Source of the DNA: Spirochaetota bacterium | GTDB lineage: Bacteria > Spirochaetota > UBA4802 > UBA5550 | NCBI GenBank assembly: GCA_963664815.2 | Contig: CAXXHB010000003.1 | Coordinates: forward strand, 4,000,001-4,064,000 | Reading direction: 5' to 3' | DNA length: 64,000 bases | Part shown: positions 49,454-59,396 of the stretch, piece after piece | Layout: each line of letters begins with the position of its first letter | Numbering within the stretch: the first letter of the stretch is position 1 | Notes under the pieces: generated by a model | Told to the model about the DNA's origin: nothing | The model's database searches: none | The model's input: only the letters and a program-made list of their open reading frames with translations | Position numbers and translations under genes: made by a program

Positions 49454-51265
49454 CTACTGAATATATGTGCTGTCTTTATAATTCTTCAGTTCATTTAAAA
49501 GAAAATCTCTTCGCTCTATCAGTTGTTTGCCAACGTATGTATCTTTGACTTTTTTTGGTTCTTCAAATGTATCAATCATCTCAAATGTAAGCCTTGTAGG
49601 TTCTTTCTTTTTCCGTAAATCTATTATTTCATCGGGAGCTGGAAGAATAATAGCATATAAAGAATATGGAGTTTGAATCAGAGCATGCCCGCGATTGAGA
49701 TATGCTTCAGAAAAACCTCCATCAATATTTATAGCCCTGCCATTTGCACTTGCAATTTTCTGTCCCTTTGAAACATCAACAGGCGTATGTCCAAATACAA
49801 TCCTTTCAACATTGAACTCATAAGTCAGTTTATTGATAAAATCAGGATTATTTATATTTTTCCCCCAGTAAAGAGTTTTCTCTTTATGTGTAGCTTTATC
49901 TTTATAAAAATAACGTTCAAAAGTTTTCATTGCATCCTTGCCAAACAAAGGAGATTTTGAACCACACCAGAGATAAAACATCATCGCAAGCTGGAAAGGT
50001 TCCTGATCTCTTCCTGCCAGATAATTCTCTCCTATATCTTTTATGACTATCTCTATATGATCAAGAAGCTCTCTCCCTTTTTTACCGTAAAGTTCCTCAA
50101 ACTGTCCATTCTCGGTACTTGGAACAAGTGCATGTATATTCATTATATAATTATTAATGTGATAGAGTTTCCCTTCTTTGAAAAGGTATTCCATGAGTCT
50201 CTTTATCTGCCTGCTTTTAGTAAATTGGCTCACAAGATCATCTATTATCTCTTTCTCTTCATCCGTAAGCTTCAAAGGATCATCAAGTATCAGCGTGGGG
50301 AAATTGTTATCTGTAAGTCCTGAAGTCTGACCGTTTTTTAATAATTCTGCAAGTTTTTCAAGATTAAGCCGATTCTCCATATCAAGCTGCGGATACTTTT
50401 TAATAGTCTCCTCTTCCAGTTTGAACTGAATCATGGCAAGAGTTTTCTCCATCTTTTTTGATATATCAAGTTTAGCCTTAAAATTTCCACTTATCTTGCC
50501 TGGATAAAGTTTTTCAGCAAAAGCTTGCAGTCTAGATATGTCAATTCCAAGACGCTTCAGGAAGTCAAGAGTATCATACCGTACACTTATCCTCAGTGCT
50601 TCAGCTATTAAAGACCTGTTGCCTGCGGCCGCTCCCATCCATAGTATATCATGATTTCCCCATACAAATTTTACAAAAGGCTTCAATTCCTTTCGGGAGA
50701 GAATCCGCAGTATTTTATCAGGCTCATCACCCCTGTCGAAAACATCACCGAGAACTATAAGCTGGCCGAGGATTACCTGTTTAACAATTTTTGCAAGGGC
50801 AGTTATCATTTTATCAGCAACTATATCGTCCTCATAAACAATATTAGGCACAGGAAAATTCAGTATCAGATTTTCAAGAAGAGGTTTGAGATCTTTATTT
50901 ATCCCTCCCCTTATCTGATCAAAATCATGAACGCCCTGCACCTTATACCTTATAATATTAACAAGAGCAGATATTACATCCTGTTTCTCCATTTTAAAAT
51001 CTTCGGCTTCAAGATATTTCTCTTTTTTTATTATTCTGTCTATATGCTCAAGTTTTTCATTCGAAAACGTTTTTGGAAGGGCTTCATAAGCGGAACGCCA
51101 AACAAGACCGAAGCGTCCTTTAAGGATTGAAACAAAGCGTTCCCCTGCTCCGTGAGGATCGCTGATCCAGAGTGTGGTATCAATATTCATTTCCAGTCTG
51201 GATTCTATATCTGCCAGTTCACGTATAATTTCATGAAAAGATGTAATGCTCTGATCTTCTGACAT
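49454..51265 (-). CDS. fbp: Fructose-1,6-bisphosphatase class III
   Basis: SDPHG, GDVFDRG, WGNHDILWMGAAAG, WCG..SPLFGKD.M.TFERYF, GHTPV, IDGGFS.AY. Confidence 0.9.
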   Translation of the reverse strand: MSEDQSITSFHEIIRELADIESRLEMNIDTTLWISDPHGAGERFVSILKGRFGLVWRSAYEALPKTFSNEKLEHIDRIIKKEKYLEAEDFKMEKQDVISALVNIIRYKVQGVHDFDQIRGGINKDLKPLLENLILNFPVPNIVYEDDIVADKMITALAKIVKQVILGQLIVLGDVFDRGDEPDKILRILSRKELKPFVKFVWGNHDILWMGAAAGNRSLIAEALRISVRYDTLDFLKRLGIDISRLQAFAEKLYPGKISGNFKAKLDISKKMEKTLAMIQFKLEEETIKKYPQLDMENRLNLEKLAELLKNGQTSGLTDNNFPTLILDDPLKLTDEEKEIIDDLVSQFTKSRQIKRLMEYLFKEGKLYHINNYIMNIHALVPSTENGQFEELYGKKGRELLDHIEIVIKDIGENYLAGRDQEPFQLAMMFYLWCGSKSPLFGKDAMKTFERYFYKDKATHKEKTLYWGKNINNPDFINKLTYEFNVERIVFGHTPVDVSKGQKIASANGRAINIDGGFSEAYLNRGHALIQTPYSLYAIILPAPDEIIDLRKKKEPTRLTFEMIDTFEEPKKVKDTYVGKQLIERRDFLLNELKNYKDSTYIQ

Positions 51266-51464
51266 AATTCCTCCGGAATTTGAATAAAAAACAAATGACT
51301 AAGCTTATTGTCCGATGCATCAGCAATATCAGTAAAAAAATAATTATATATACAGTAAATCTTTTTCAAATCACCTCTATTGTCAATTTATTTTAGCTTC
51401 ATACTCTATATCTGATCGAAACTTCAATTATGAAGTTAAAATATTCCGATTTTGTTTAAAATTC

Positions 51465-51491
51465 TAACACTTTTATGTAAAATGTCGATAA
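51465..51491 (+). promoter_or_regulatory. Candidate sigma28 (FliA) promoter
   Basis: TAAC-N15-GTCGATAA versus consensus TAAA-N15-GCCGATAA, 27 nt before the ATG at 51519. Confidence 0.55.
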
Positions 51492-51518
51492 TTAAGTAAA
51501 ATAATCCGGAGGTAAAAA

Positions 51519-51647
51519 ATGAGCGTAAAAGAGATTGATAATCTTTTCAACCGAGGGCTTGAGTCGATGAGAAAAGGAAACTTTCAGGAAGCTGAAACTT
51601 TTTTCGTTAAAGCCAAAAACCTGACAATGGAATTGCAGAAAAAATAA
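51519..51647 (+). CDS. 42-aa single-TPR micro-protein (not in ORF track)
   Basis: GGAGG RBS; MSVKEIDNLFNRGLESMRKGNFQEAETFFVKAKNLTMELQKK fits the TPR consensus; a terminator follows the stop. Confidence 0.75.
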   Translation: MSVKEIDNLFNRGLESMRKGNFQEAETFFVKAKNLTMELQKK

Positions 51648-51649
51648 AA

Positions 51650-51678
51650 AAAAGCCGGCTTCAAATGAGCCGGCTTTT
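51650..51678. terminator. Bidirectional intrinsic terminator
   Basis: AAAAGCCGGCT-TCAAATG-AGCCGGCTTTT between the micro-ORF and convergent leuB. Confidence 0.85.
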
Positions 51679-51746
51679 CTTTATTCTCAATTACAAGTGA
51701 TATTCACAATATTTAAGCCTTTACGAGGTTCTGATGAACAGCGTTT

Positions 51747-52838
51747 TTATAAATCCTGCAGGGAACATTTTTCAAGATTAGCAAGAATAAGCTCCCCCAT
51801 TTCTTTTGTACTAACCTGTTTTTTACCCTGCGACATTATATCACCGGTTCTATAATCCTGTTCAAGAGCTTTTTCAATTGAAGTGAAAATCATTGTGTAA
51901 GCCTCATTTAATCCAAAACTGTACTTTAACATCATGGCAGCGGAGAGTATCTGAGCTATGGGATTAGCTATACCTTTCCCCGCTATATCAGGAGCGGATC
52001 CTCCCGCAGGTTCATAAAGACCGAATGTTCCATCAGAAAGCGATGCAGATGGAAGCATCCCTATGGAACCGGTAATCATTGATGCCTCATCAGAAAGGAT
52101 GTCACCGAACATATTATCACATAACATAACATCAAACTGGCGCGGATCTTTTACAAGCTGCATCGATGCGTTATCTACATAAAGATGATTAAGAGAAACT
52201 TCCGGATAACCCTTTGCAATCTCCTCAACAATTTCTCTCCATAAAAGCGATGTGGAGAGCACATTGGCTTTATCTATAGATGTAACTTTTTTATTTCGCT
52301 TCATTGCGGTTTCGAAAGCAACTTTTGTTATTCTTTCTATCTCAGGTCGTGTATAGATCAAAGTATCATACCCTTTGGTATTATCCTTAAATTTTGGTTG
52401 CCCAAAATATATACCACCTGTTAATTCCCTGATTATCATTATATCAAAGCCCTCACCGATAATTTCAGATTTAAGAGGGGATGCTTCCTTCAGTTCCCTG
52501 AATATAATAGCAGGTCTCAGGTTTGCGTACAGATTAAAATGTTTTCTTAGCGGAAGAAGAGCACCCCTTTCCGGTTGTTTATCAGGAGGTAGCTTTTCCC
52601 ATTTCGGCCCACCGACTGATCCAAAAAGCACAGCATCTGAATCTTCACAGGTCTTTACAGTATATTCAGGAAGAGGTTCACCATATTTATCAAGTGCCGC
52701 TCCCCCAACATCAGCATAAGAATATGAAAACCCGATACCAAATATTCCGGAAATCTTATCTAATACTTTTCTTGCTTCTTCAATTACTTCAGACCCTATA
52801 CCATCACCCGGGAGTACAGCTATTTTTTTTACAGACAT
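51747..52838 (-). CDS. leuB: 3-isopropylmalate dehydrogenase
   Basis: [70 protein letters not shown] 52838 follows GGAG. Confidence 0.97.
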   Translation of the reverse strand: MSVKKIAVLPGDGIGSEVIEEARKVLDKISGIFGIGFSYSYADVGGAALDKYGEPLPEYTVKTCEDSDAVLFGSVGGPKWEKLPPDKQPERGALLPLRKHFNLYANLRPAIIFRELKEASPLKSEIIGEGFDIMIIRELTGGIYFGQPKFKDNTKGYDTLIYTRPEIERITKVAFETAMKRNKKVTSIDKANVLSTSLLWREIVEEIAKGYPEVSLNHLYVDNASMQLVKDPRQFDVMLCDNMFGDILSDEASMITGSIGMLPSASLSDGTFGLYEPAGGSAPDIAGKGIANPIAQILSAAMMLKYSFGLNEAYTMIFTSIEKALEQDYRTGDIMSQGKKQVSTKEMGELILANLEKCSLQDL

Positions 52839-53214
52839 ATTCAACTCCAGATTTATTTGTTAAACATATCTAAAACCAGAAATTAATTTATCCTGTCAAA
52901 TCAAAATCAAAGTTATTTTATAAATCCCGGTTGATTTGTCCATTTTATCTGCAAATTACCAACAACCTGTAGCAAATCCACCCGCCAAAAATTTATGAAA
53001 AAATCACTGTCAAAATGTCAAAATTACTATAAGCTATATATTTTCCAAAATAATAAAAACTTTTCTTTTTTTTTATAAAATTTAAAAATATTTTCTTAAA
53101 AATACAGAATACAGATCCTTTACCATCATTGTTAGATTTTTTAAAATTGTTTATTGCCAAAAAAATCAGTATATAATAAAATAATCAGGATGTAATTTAT
53201 TTTAGGAGAACTAT

Positions 53215-54474
53215 ATGAACTTGAAAAATTTCAGAAATATTAAATCTTTATCTGTTTTATTATCAATGCTTTTTTTAATAATTTCATCATCAGCATTAAA
53301 TGCTCAGAAATCTTCTTCGGTTAAAGACGAAGTACAAAATATAAAGAATCAATCAAAGGAGAATATACAAAAAATCGGAAGAAGTGATAAAGAAATAAGA
53401 GAAACTATGAAAGCAATTCTCGCAGATCAGAAAAAGAAGAACTACAAATTTAAAGTTGAGCTTACAGAAATGATGAAATACAAAATTTCTGAGATTACAG
53501 GAACGAAACCACCTTCTGAAGATGAGCTGAAAAAACTTGAAGAAGAAAAAAGAAAAAAAGAGGAGATGGAACGCATCAACTCTGAAAAGAAAAAACAGGA
53601 AGAGTTAAAACGTCTTGAAGAGGAGAGAAAGAGACGTGAAGACGAAATAAACAAAGAATCTGACAGAAAAAAACAGGAAGAACTAAAGAGACAGGAAGAA
53701 GAGAGAAGAAAACAGGAAGATAAAAAACGTCTTGATGAAGCCAATAGCGCTGCGATGAAAGATCGTAATATTCCTACTAATCTTACACCATCCACCTCAC
53801 TTTCTGCTTTTGCATGGAATGGAAATACAACATCTACCATAGTACAATACCAGGGTATTTGTGGAAGCTGCTGGGCTTTTACTTCAGCTGCGGTTTATGA
53901 AACAGATTACCTTTTAAAAAACAGCAAAACTCTTGATATATCGGAGCAGGCAATACTCGATTGCGCGGTTGACAAAAACGGCAATGATGCTGGAAGCTGC
54001 GATGGTGGATGGTATGGTGGAGTCTTCGACTATTTTATTGCAAAGGGCGCCCGAACTGAAAGCAATACTGAAAAAGACACCAAATATGTTGGAAAACAGG
54101 GATCGTGTTCATCTTCTTCAAAAACAAAATACACTATAACCAAATGGGGATACATAAAGAGAGATGCGGGAATTCCTACTGTCAAGGAGATGAAAGAAGC
54201 CATTGCAAAATATGGTGCAATTGCCGCGACAGTAAAAGTCACTCCCGCATTCCAGGCCTATAAAAGTGGTATTTTTGACGAGCATGCATCTGTTTCTGGA
54301 CCAAACGATGTTAATCATGCAATTACAATCGTGGGATGGGATGATACAAAAAAGGCATATCTTGTTAAAAACTCATGGGGTCCACAATGGGGAGAAAAAG
54401 GATATATCTGGGTTGAATATGGAAGCAATAATATAGGTTATGGAGCAGCCTGGATTATTGTCACAAAAGAATAA
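53215..54474 (+). CDS. Secreted papain-family (C1A) cysteine protease with an E/R/K-rich helical insert
   Basis: Signal peptide; QGICGSCWAF, SEQ.ILDC, CDGGW, NHAITIVGW, KNSWG..WG..GY. Confidence 0.93.
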   Translation: MNLKNFRNIKSLSVLLSMLFLIISSSALNAQKSSSVKDEVQNIKNQSKENIQKIGRSDKEIRETMKAILADQKKKNYKFKVELTEMMKYKISEITGTKPPSEDELKKLEEEKRKKEEMERINSEKKKQEELKRLEEERKRREDEINKESDRKKQEELKRQEEERRKQEDKKRLDEANSAAMKDRNIPTNLTPSTSLSAFAWNGNTTSTIVQYQGICGSCWAFTSAAVYETDYLLKNSKTLDISEQAILDCAVDKNGNDAGSCDGGWYGGVFDYFIAKGARTESNTEKDTKYVGKQGSCSSSSKTKYTITKWGYIKRDAGIPTVKEMKEAIAKYGAIAATVKVTPAFQAYKSGIFDEHASVSGPNDVNHAITIVGWDDTKKAYLVKNSWGPQWGEKGYIWVEYGSNNIGYGAAWIIVTKE

Positions 54475-54487
54475 TATGGAGATGAAA

Positions 54488-54874
54488 ATGTTAATAAGAA
54501 AAAACCCATTTATAGCATTCATATTCGCTTTTATTATATCGGGATGTTCAAGTTCACCTGAAGTTTTAGTAAAAACAGATTCCAGGGGGGAAACAATCTC
54601 TGCAGGAGTGGATAAAGAATTTATAATTAATCTGGAAGGACAACTAAGCACCGGTTGTGCATGGAAGGTTTCAAACATCCCTGCATCATTTAAAATCATT
54701 AAAGAAAACGTTAAAACTGAAGAGAACGATAAAGCCGGCGGTATTGACATTCAGCAGTTTATATACAAATCTGCAGAAAAAGGCGACTTTACACTTGTTT
54801 TCAATTATGCAAGACACTGGGAAAAGAAACCAAAGATAATAAAAACTACTACAATCACTATAAAAATAGAATAG
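54488..54874 (+). CDS. Chagasin-family (I42) cysteine protease inhibitor, lipoprotein
   Basis: Lipobox IISG-C; I.L....STG..W, AGG...F, F.Y.R.WE; ATG after GGAG directly downstream of the protease. Confidence 0.85.
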   Translation: MLIRKNPFIAFIFAFIISGCSSSPEVLVKTDSRGETISAGVDKEFIINLEGQLSTGCAWKVSNIPASFKIIKENVKTEENDKAGGIDIQQFIYKSAEKGDFTLVFNYARHWEKKPKIIKTTTITIKIE

Positions 54875-54899
54875 AACGCCATAGTATTTTAAACTGTCT

Positions 54900-54925
54900 T
54901 TACGCTCCGGATTCACGGAGCGTAA
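54900..54925. terminator. Hairpin between convergent genes
   Basis: TTACGCTCCG-GATTCA-CGGAGCGTAA perfect 10-bp stem. Confidence 0.7.
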
Positions 54926-54944
54926 GCTGTATTGCCTCTCTGGA

Positions 54945-56381
54945 TTAATTGACCATGCTTTCCTTAACTTCATCGTACCTGTTAGAGGCATTCCAGAAGA
55001 GGTATCCGTTCGCTCCGGAATCATTCGCTCCCTTAACCTGTTCTTTTATATACATCGCATTGAATTTTGATACCCTCCATCCAAACGCCTGAAGCCATGG
55101 ACGTACAATAACTTTTCCTCCTGAAAGCTCAATAACCTTTCTGCATCCTTCAAGAATAAAATGATAGGGATGATCTCCCGGATTTTTAATTCCATCAAAA
55201 TTATCATTAAAGTGAGAAGGATAAAGCATTGGAGAAATAACGTCGCAATACAGAGCAAGCAATTCTATCTTCTGTCCCGTCATCTCAATATCAACATTTT
55301 TCCCCCATGCTACGACACCAAATATATCTATTGAAAGGAACGCTCCGGCTCTTCTCACTTCTTCATGGGCCCTTTTCAGAAAACGTGAAATGATCTCAAT
55401 CCTCTCCATTTTCCCTTCACTGAAAGTAAATGCTGCATCAGCTTGATCACCAAGCGTTGGAAACCTGATGTAATCAAATTGAATTTCATCAACACCAGCT
55501 TCAGCGAGTTCAACAGCGAGCGCGATATTATAATCCTGAACTTTTTTATTACTTGGATCGCACCACTTTTCATGAGAGATGTGATTCCATTCATTCCCTG
55601 TACTTCTTGACTTTATCCTTGATGATGGATCTAAAGACCAAAGAAGCTGATCGTGAAAAACAGCAATTCTCGCAATGATATAAATTCCGTTTTCCCTGCA
55701 TGCCCTGATAAGACATGGAAGGTTATCAATGGCACCCTGCCTTGTGAGATTATAATCCCTGGCTGTTTTTACTCTGCTCTTTGTATGGACTATTCCTGTA
55801 ATATCCTTTACATCAAACACAATAGCATTAACTCCCATTGCTTTAAACACCGGCAGCCTCCGAAGAAATGATTCACCTCCTGTAGTATCTCCGGAAAAAT
55901 AAAGTCCACGGGTAAAGACTACTCTATCTGACCTGTTATTTTTACTGTCACTTATAATTGGCGGAAGAGACTTTTCGATAAGTATTAACTCTCCCGAATT
56001 TATAATATTCTGATTAATTCGGTTTCTGGACATTATATCCTGCTTCATTGTATAAAGTTTATAATAATCAGTCAAATTAATAGCTGCCAATGTTAATTCA
56101 CCAAGCCCCAGATTTTTATTACCTTTGTAAAAAAGCATATTGGCGAAATGGAACATACCTTCCGGCATATTCCTGTAAGTCTTTACATACTTTTTATAAT
56201 TATTACCGCTAATGACAGTTATTGCACTTTCAGGAGACTCGTAAAGGTTGAATACTCTTATTGCAAATGATATCAGATAGTCTTTCAAATAGACAATACT
56301 GGTAAATGATGAAGCTATAATAAAAATTGCCGCTAAAAGAGATACCCCAGCCAGGGAAAAATATTTAAGTTTTTGTGACAT
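54945..56381 (-). CDS. Putative glycoside hydrolase (DUF4015-type) with N-terminal TM and extension
   Basis: RGLY, NAIVFDVKD..G, IYIIARIAVF.D, GVDEIQFDYIRFP, SIDIFG, SPMLYPSHF, RPWLQAF, WNA. Confidence 0.88.
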   Translation of the reverse strand: MSQKLKYFSLAGVSLLAAIFIIASSFTSIVYLKDYLISFAIRVFNLYESPESAITVISGNNYKKYVKTYRNMPEGMFHFANMLFYKGNKNLGLGELTLAAINLTDYYKLYTMKQDIMSRNRINQNIINSGELILIEKSLPPIISDSKNNRSDRVVFTRGLYFSGDTTGGESFLRRLPVFKAMGVNAIVFDVKDITGIVHTKSRVKTARDYNLTRQGAIDNLPCLIRACRENGIYIIARIAVFHDQLLWSLDPSSRIKSRSTGNEWNHISHEKWCDPSNKKVQDYNIALAVELAEAGVDEIQFDYIRFPTLGDQADAAFTFSEGKMERIEIISRFLKRAHEEVRRAGAFLSIDIFGVVAWGKNVDIEMTGQKIELLALYCDVISPMLYPSHFNDNFDGIKNPGDHPYHFILEGCRKVIELSGGKVIVRPWLQAFGWRVSKFNAMYIKEQVKGANDSGANGYLFWNASNRYDEVKESMVN

Positions 56382-56915
56382 ATATATTCCTGAATTTTCA
56401 CAGAAATTAATGAATTAATCTTCATATAATCTTTCTTTTCAAAACAGACAGACCAATTTCATTCTTTCCTGGAAAGTCTTAAAAACTGATATAAAAAATA
56501 AACTTATTTGTTTTAATAATTACTTGAAATATACCTTTTTTCCTGTTAAATATGGGTATTTATACAATTTCGACAAGTTCAATACAGGCATTTGTTACCT
56601 GAAGCTCCATCAAAAGGACATCTATGAATATTTTTTATCATAATAAATTGTTTTAATAAACACAATTTGCCTTCAGGTAATTATTGTTCAATTCAAGTAA
56701 TTAATGTTATATACCAGCATTAATTCACACATTTAAAAATAAAATATTAAGGTAGTAAACAAAAAAATAATTGAACAATAATGACATTGATAAAATAAAC
56801 TGATATCTATATTATATCCAGTCAGCTTTAAATATACTGGACACATATTAATGAATGAACATCAATAAAATACAAAACGTCGCAGATTATTTTTATAAAT
56901 AATTACTGAAAGAAA

Positions 56916-57704
56916 ATGATAAGACAACTAGTTATAAAAACAGGTACAAAGGCTCTCTCACTTCAAAGGGGGATGCATGATTTTATAGATTATACAAAAT
57001 CAATTATTTTTTCATTCCGATCTCTCCGGTATTTAAGTTTCAGATCAATTTATAATATTATTATAAATCAGACAAAATTTACAGGTGTTGATGCGCTTGC
57101 AATAGTAATGATAATTGCCCTGCTTCTTGGAGGAACAGTCATAATTCAGGCGCTGACAAGTCTTCCAAAGTTCGGCGTTGAGGGATTTCTAGGCAATATC
57201 CTGGTTATTATAATTGCACGGGAACTTGGGCCTCTTGCTACAGCACTCATCGTAATTTCAAGATCCGGTTCGGCAATTGCGGCAGAAATTTCTGTCCAGA
57301 AATGGTCACGTGAGATACTCTCCATGGAATTAATGGGTATAGACACGAAACTCTATATTATCTTTCCGCGAATAATAGCTTCTATTCTTTCTATCGGATC
57401 ACTAATTATAATTTTTGACATAGTTGCATTTATCGGCGGTTATATCATTTCACAAACCGTTGTTTATATTCCAATGGATGTTTTCGGACAGACATTGATT
57501 GATTCATTCACATTTAAAGATATAATCGCTGCACTAATTAAAAGTATAATATTTGGAATAACCATTCCTTTGATATGCTGTTATTATGGATTAAAACCAT
57601 CATCAAAATTTGAAATTCCAATTTATGTTTCTAAAGCAGTAATACGTACACTTTTTATATCTATAATTGTTAATATAATTGTATCTGTGTTATTTTATTT
57701 ATGA
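56916..57704 (+). CDS. mlaE: MlaE-family ABC permease (second, divergent copy)
   Basis: RELGPLATALIVISRSGSAIAAEI, MGID..YIIFPR, CYYGL. Confidence 0.88.
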   Translation: MIRQLVIKTGTKALSLQRGMHDFIDYTKSIIFSFRSLRYLSFRSIYNIIINQTKFTGVDALAIVMIIALLLGGTVIIQALTSLPKFGVEGFLGNILVIIIARELGPLATALIVISRSGSAIAAEISVQKWSREILSMELMGIDTKLYIIFPRIIASILSIGSLIIIFDIVAFIGGYIISQTVVYIPMDVFGQTLIDSFTFKDIIAALIKSIIFGITIPLICCYYGLKPSSKFEIPIYVSKAVIRTLFISIIVNIIVSVLFYL

Positions 57705-57720
57705 CAGAGAGGATTACCAT

Positions 57721-58479
57721 TTGGAAGATCTTATAATCGATGTGCAGAATGTAACTTATACCTCAAATGGAATAAAACTGCTCGATAATATTTCGTTTAA
57801 ACTAAAGCGTGGAGATAACCTGCTGATATTCGGCCCCGAAGGTTCAGGGATAACCAGCCTTTTCGATTTAATAATACGAACAGATTCAACCTATGATGGT
57901 GATGTTATTTATCAAGGCAGGTCGCTCAAGACTCTCGACTACTTCGGTCAACTTATGCATAAAAAAGACATAGGTTATGTTCATGGGGATTATGGGCTTA
58001 TAAGTAACATGACCGTTGAACAAAACATCTCTCTTCCACTGGAGTACCACTCGAAGATGACAGCGGCCGAGATAAAAAAACACGTGGGTAAAATAATTTA
58101 TGACCTTAACCTTGATCACTGCAGAAAGTTCCGGCCTTTTGACTTAACACGATCTGAAATGTTAAAGACAACATTTGCCAGATCAATTGTAATGGATCCG
58201 GATCTGCTATATCTTGAATTTGCTTTTGAAGATCAATGCCCTCTTAACGTTAAGACAATGATGGATATTTTAATTGAAAGATCCAAACTTCCGGATAAAT
58301 CACTTATTATTATTACATATTATCCATGGAATTTTGTTGATATTTCAGATGCATTTATTATGTTTTTTAATGGGAAATCAGTATTCAATGGATTGAAGGA
58401 GGACTTTTTAAATTCCTGCAATCCTTATCTTGTACAATATAAAAATAATTCTATTGAAGGCCCCATGGTAATCCTATGA
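57721..58479 (+). CDS. mlaF: MlaF-like ABC ATP-binding subunit, catalytically degenerate
   Basis: ABC fold (LLDNISF, L.SNMTVEQNI.LPL, ARSIVMDP) but Walker A is GPEGSGITS, signature LTRSE, Walker B LLYLEF, H-loop IITYY. TTG 57721 follows GAGAGGA. Confidence 0.7.
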   Translation: MEDLIIDVQNVTYTSNGIKLLDNISFKLKRGDNLLIFGPEGSGITSLFDLIIRTDSTYDGDVIYQGRSLKTLDYFGQLMHKKDIGYVHGDYGLISNMTVEQNISLPLEYHSKMTAAEIKKHVGKIIYDLNLDHCRKFRPFDLTRSEMLKTTFARSIVMDPDLLYLEFAFEDQCPLNVKTMMDILIERSKLPDKSLIIITYYPWNFVDISDAFIMFFNGKSVFNGLKEDFLNSCNPYLVQYKNNSIEGPMVIL

Positions 58480-59291
58480 AAAAAATATCTTTTAAAAATT
58501 TTTCTTTAAAAAATCCCAATGAATTACGCGTTGGAATATTTATCCTGGCTCCTGTATTAATACTCCTTTTATTCATTATTCTAAAATTGGGGTATTCACT
58601 TTCCACTTCTACTATAGATGTTTACCTGAAAATTGATAATATATCAGCTATAAAAAAAGGTACAGCCATTAAACTCAAAGGCTATGACATAGGGCGGGTT
58701 GTAGAACTTCAGCCTGTCTATAAACCTGGCCTCCATTTTCTTGCAACAATGAGAATAAAAAGGGATATTGTAATTCAGGAAGATTGCTCCGCGATAATTC
58801 TCAATCAGAATATTATAGGTGATACTGTTGTTGAGATGCGTAATCCTGAAAAAAAAGGATCACCGCTTCGCAGCGGTGATGTAATTGAAGGACTTGAATA
58901 TGTAAACCTTGAAGCTGTACTTAGAGATGTACATAATCTCCTTTCTTCAGTCACAGAAACAGTAAACATAGTGAAAGGTATTTCATCCGATAACAAGCAA
59001 AACATAAGAGGTCTTCTTACAAATCTCGGCACCAGTGTTGCCGGAGTAAACAACATTCTTGCTGATTCACAAAAAGATATCCCTTCAATACTCCAGTCTA
59101 TAAAGGAAACAACAAACACCGTTAAAGATATTTCTGCTGAGTTTAAAAAAGGTCCGGTTTCATTCCTTCTTACTGGTGATGATGATGATAAAAAGAAAGA
59201 AAAAGAAGCGAAAAAAAACAGCAAAGACAAAAAGAATGATTCTGAAAAAAAAGATGATTCTAATAAACCACAAACAGAAGAGAAAAAATAA
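58476..59291 (+). CDS. mlaD: MlaD/MCE-domain protein
   Basis: ELRVGIF plus TM, I..GT.IKL.G.DIGRV, IIGD..VE, helical C-terminus. Confidence 0.88.
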   Translation: MKKISFKNFSLKNPNELRVGIFILAPVLILLLFIILKLGYSLSTSTIDVYLKIDNISAIKKGTAIKLKGYDIGRVVELQPVYKPGLHFLATMRIKRDIVIQEDCSAIILNQNIIGDTVVEMRNPEKKGSPLRSGDVIEGLEYVNLEAVLRDVHNLLSSVTETVNIVKGISSDNKQNIRGLLTNLGTSVAGVNNILADSQKDIPSILQSIKETTNTVKDISAEFKKGPVSFLLTGDDDDKKKEKEAKKNSKDKKNDSEKKDDSNKPQTEEKK

Positions 59292-59396
59292 TTTTCTCTT
59301 CTGCTAAATCATTAATTTAAATCATTAAACAGCTTACCATTAGCAATGTAGTTTACACGATAACTTTCAGTCTAATCAATATAGACAATAGTTTTG

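Noticed and set aside
53215-54474. Papain protease as activator of the MACPF-like proteins
   Set aside because: It lies more than 40 kb away with no sequence evidence of linkage.
56595-56680. Glycine riboswitch (CTGAAG, CAAAAGGAC and CTTCAGGTAA fragments)
   Set aside because: The GGAGA core and correct element order are missing, and the flanking genes are unrelated to glycine.
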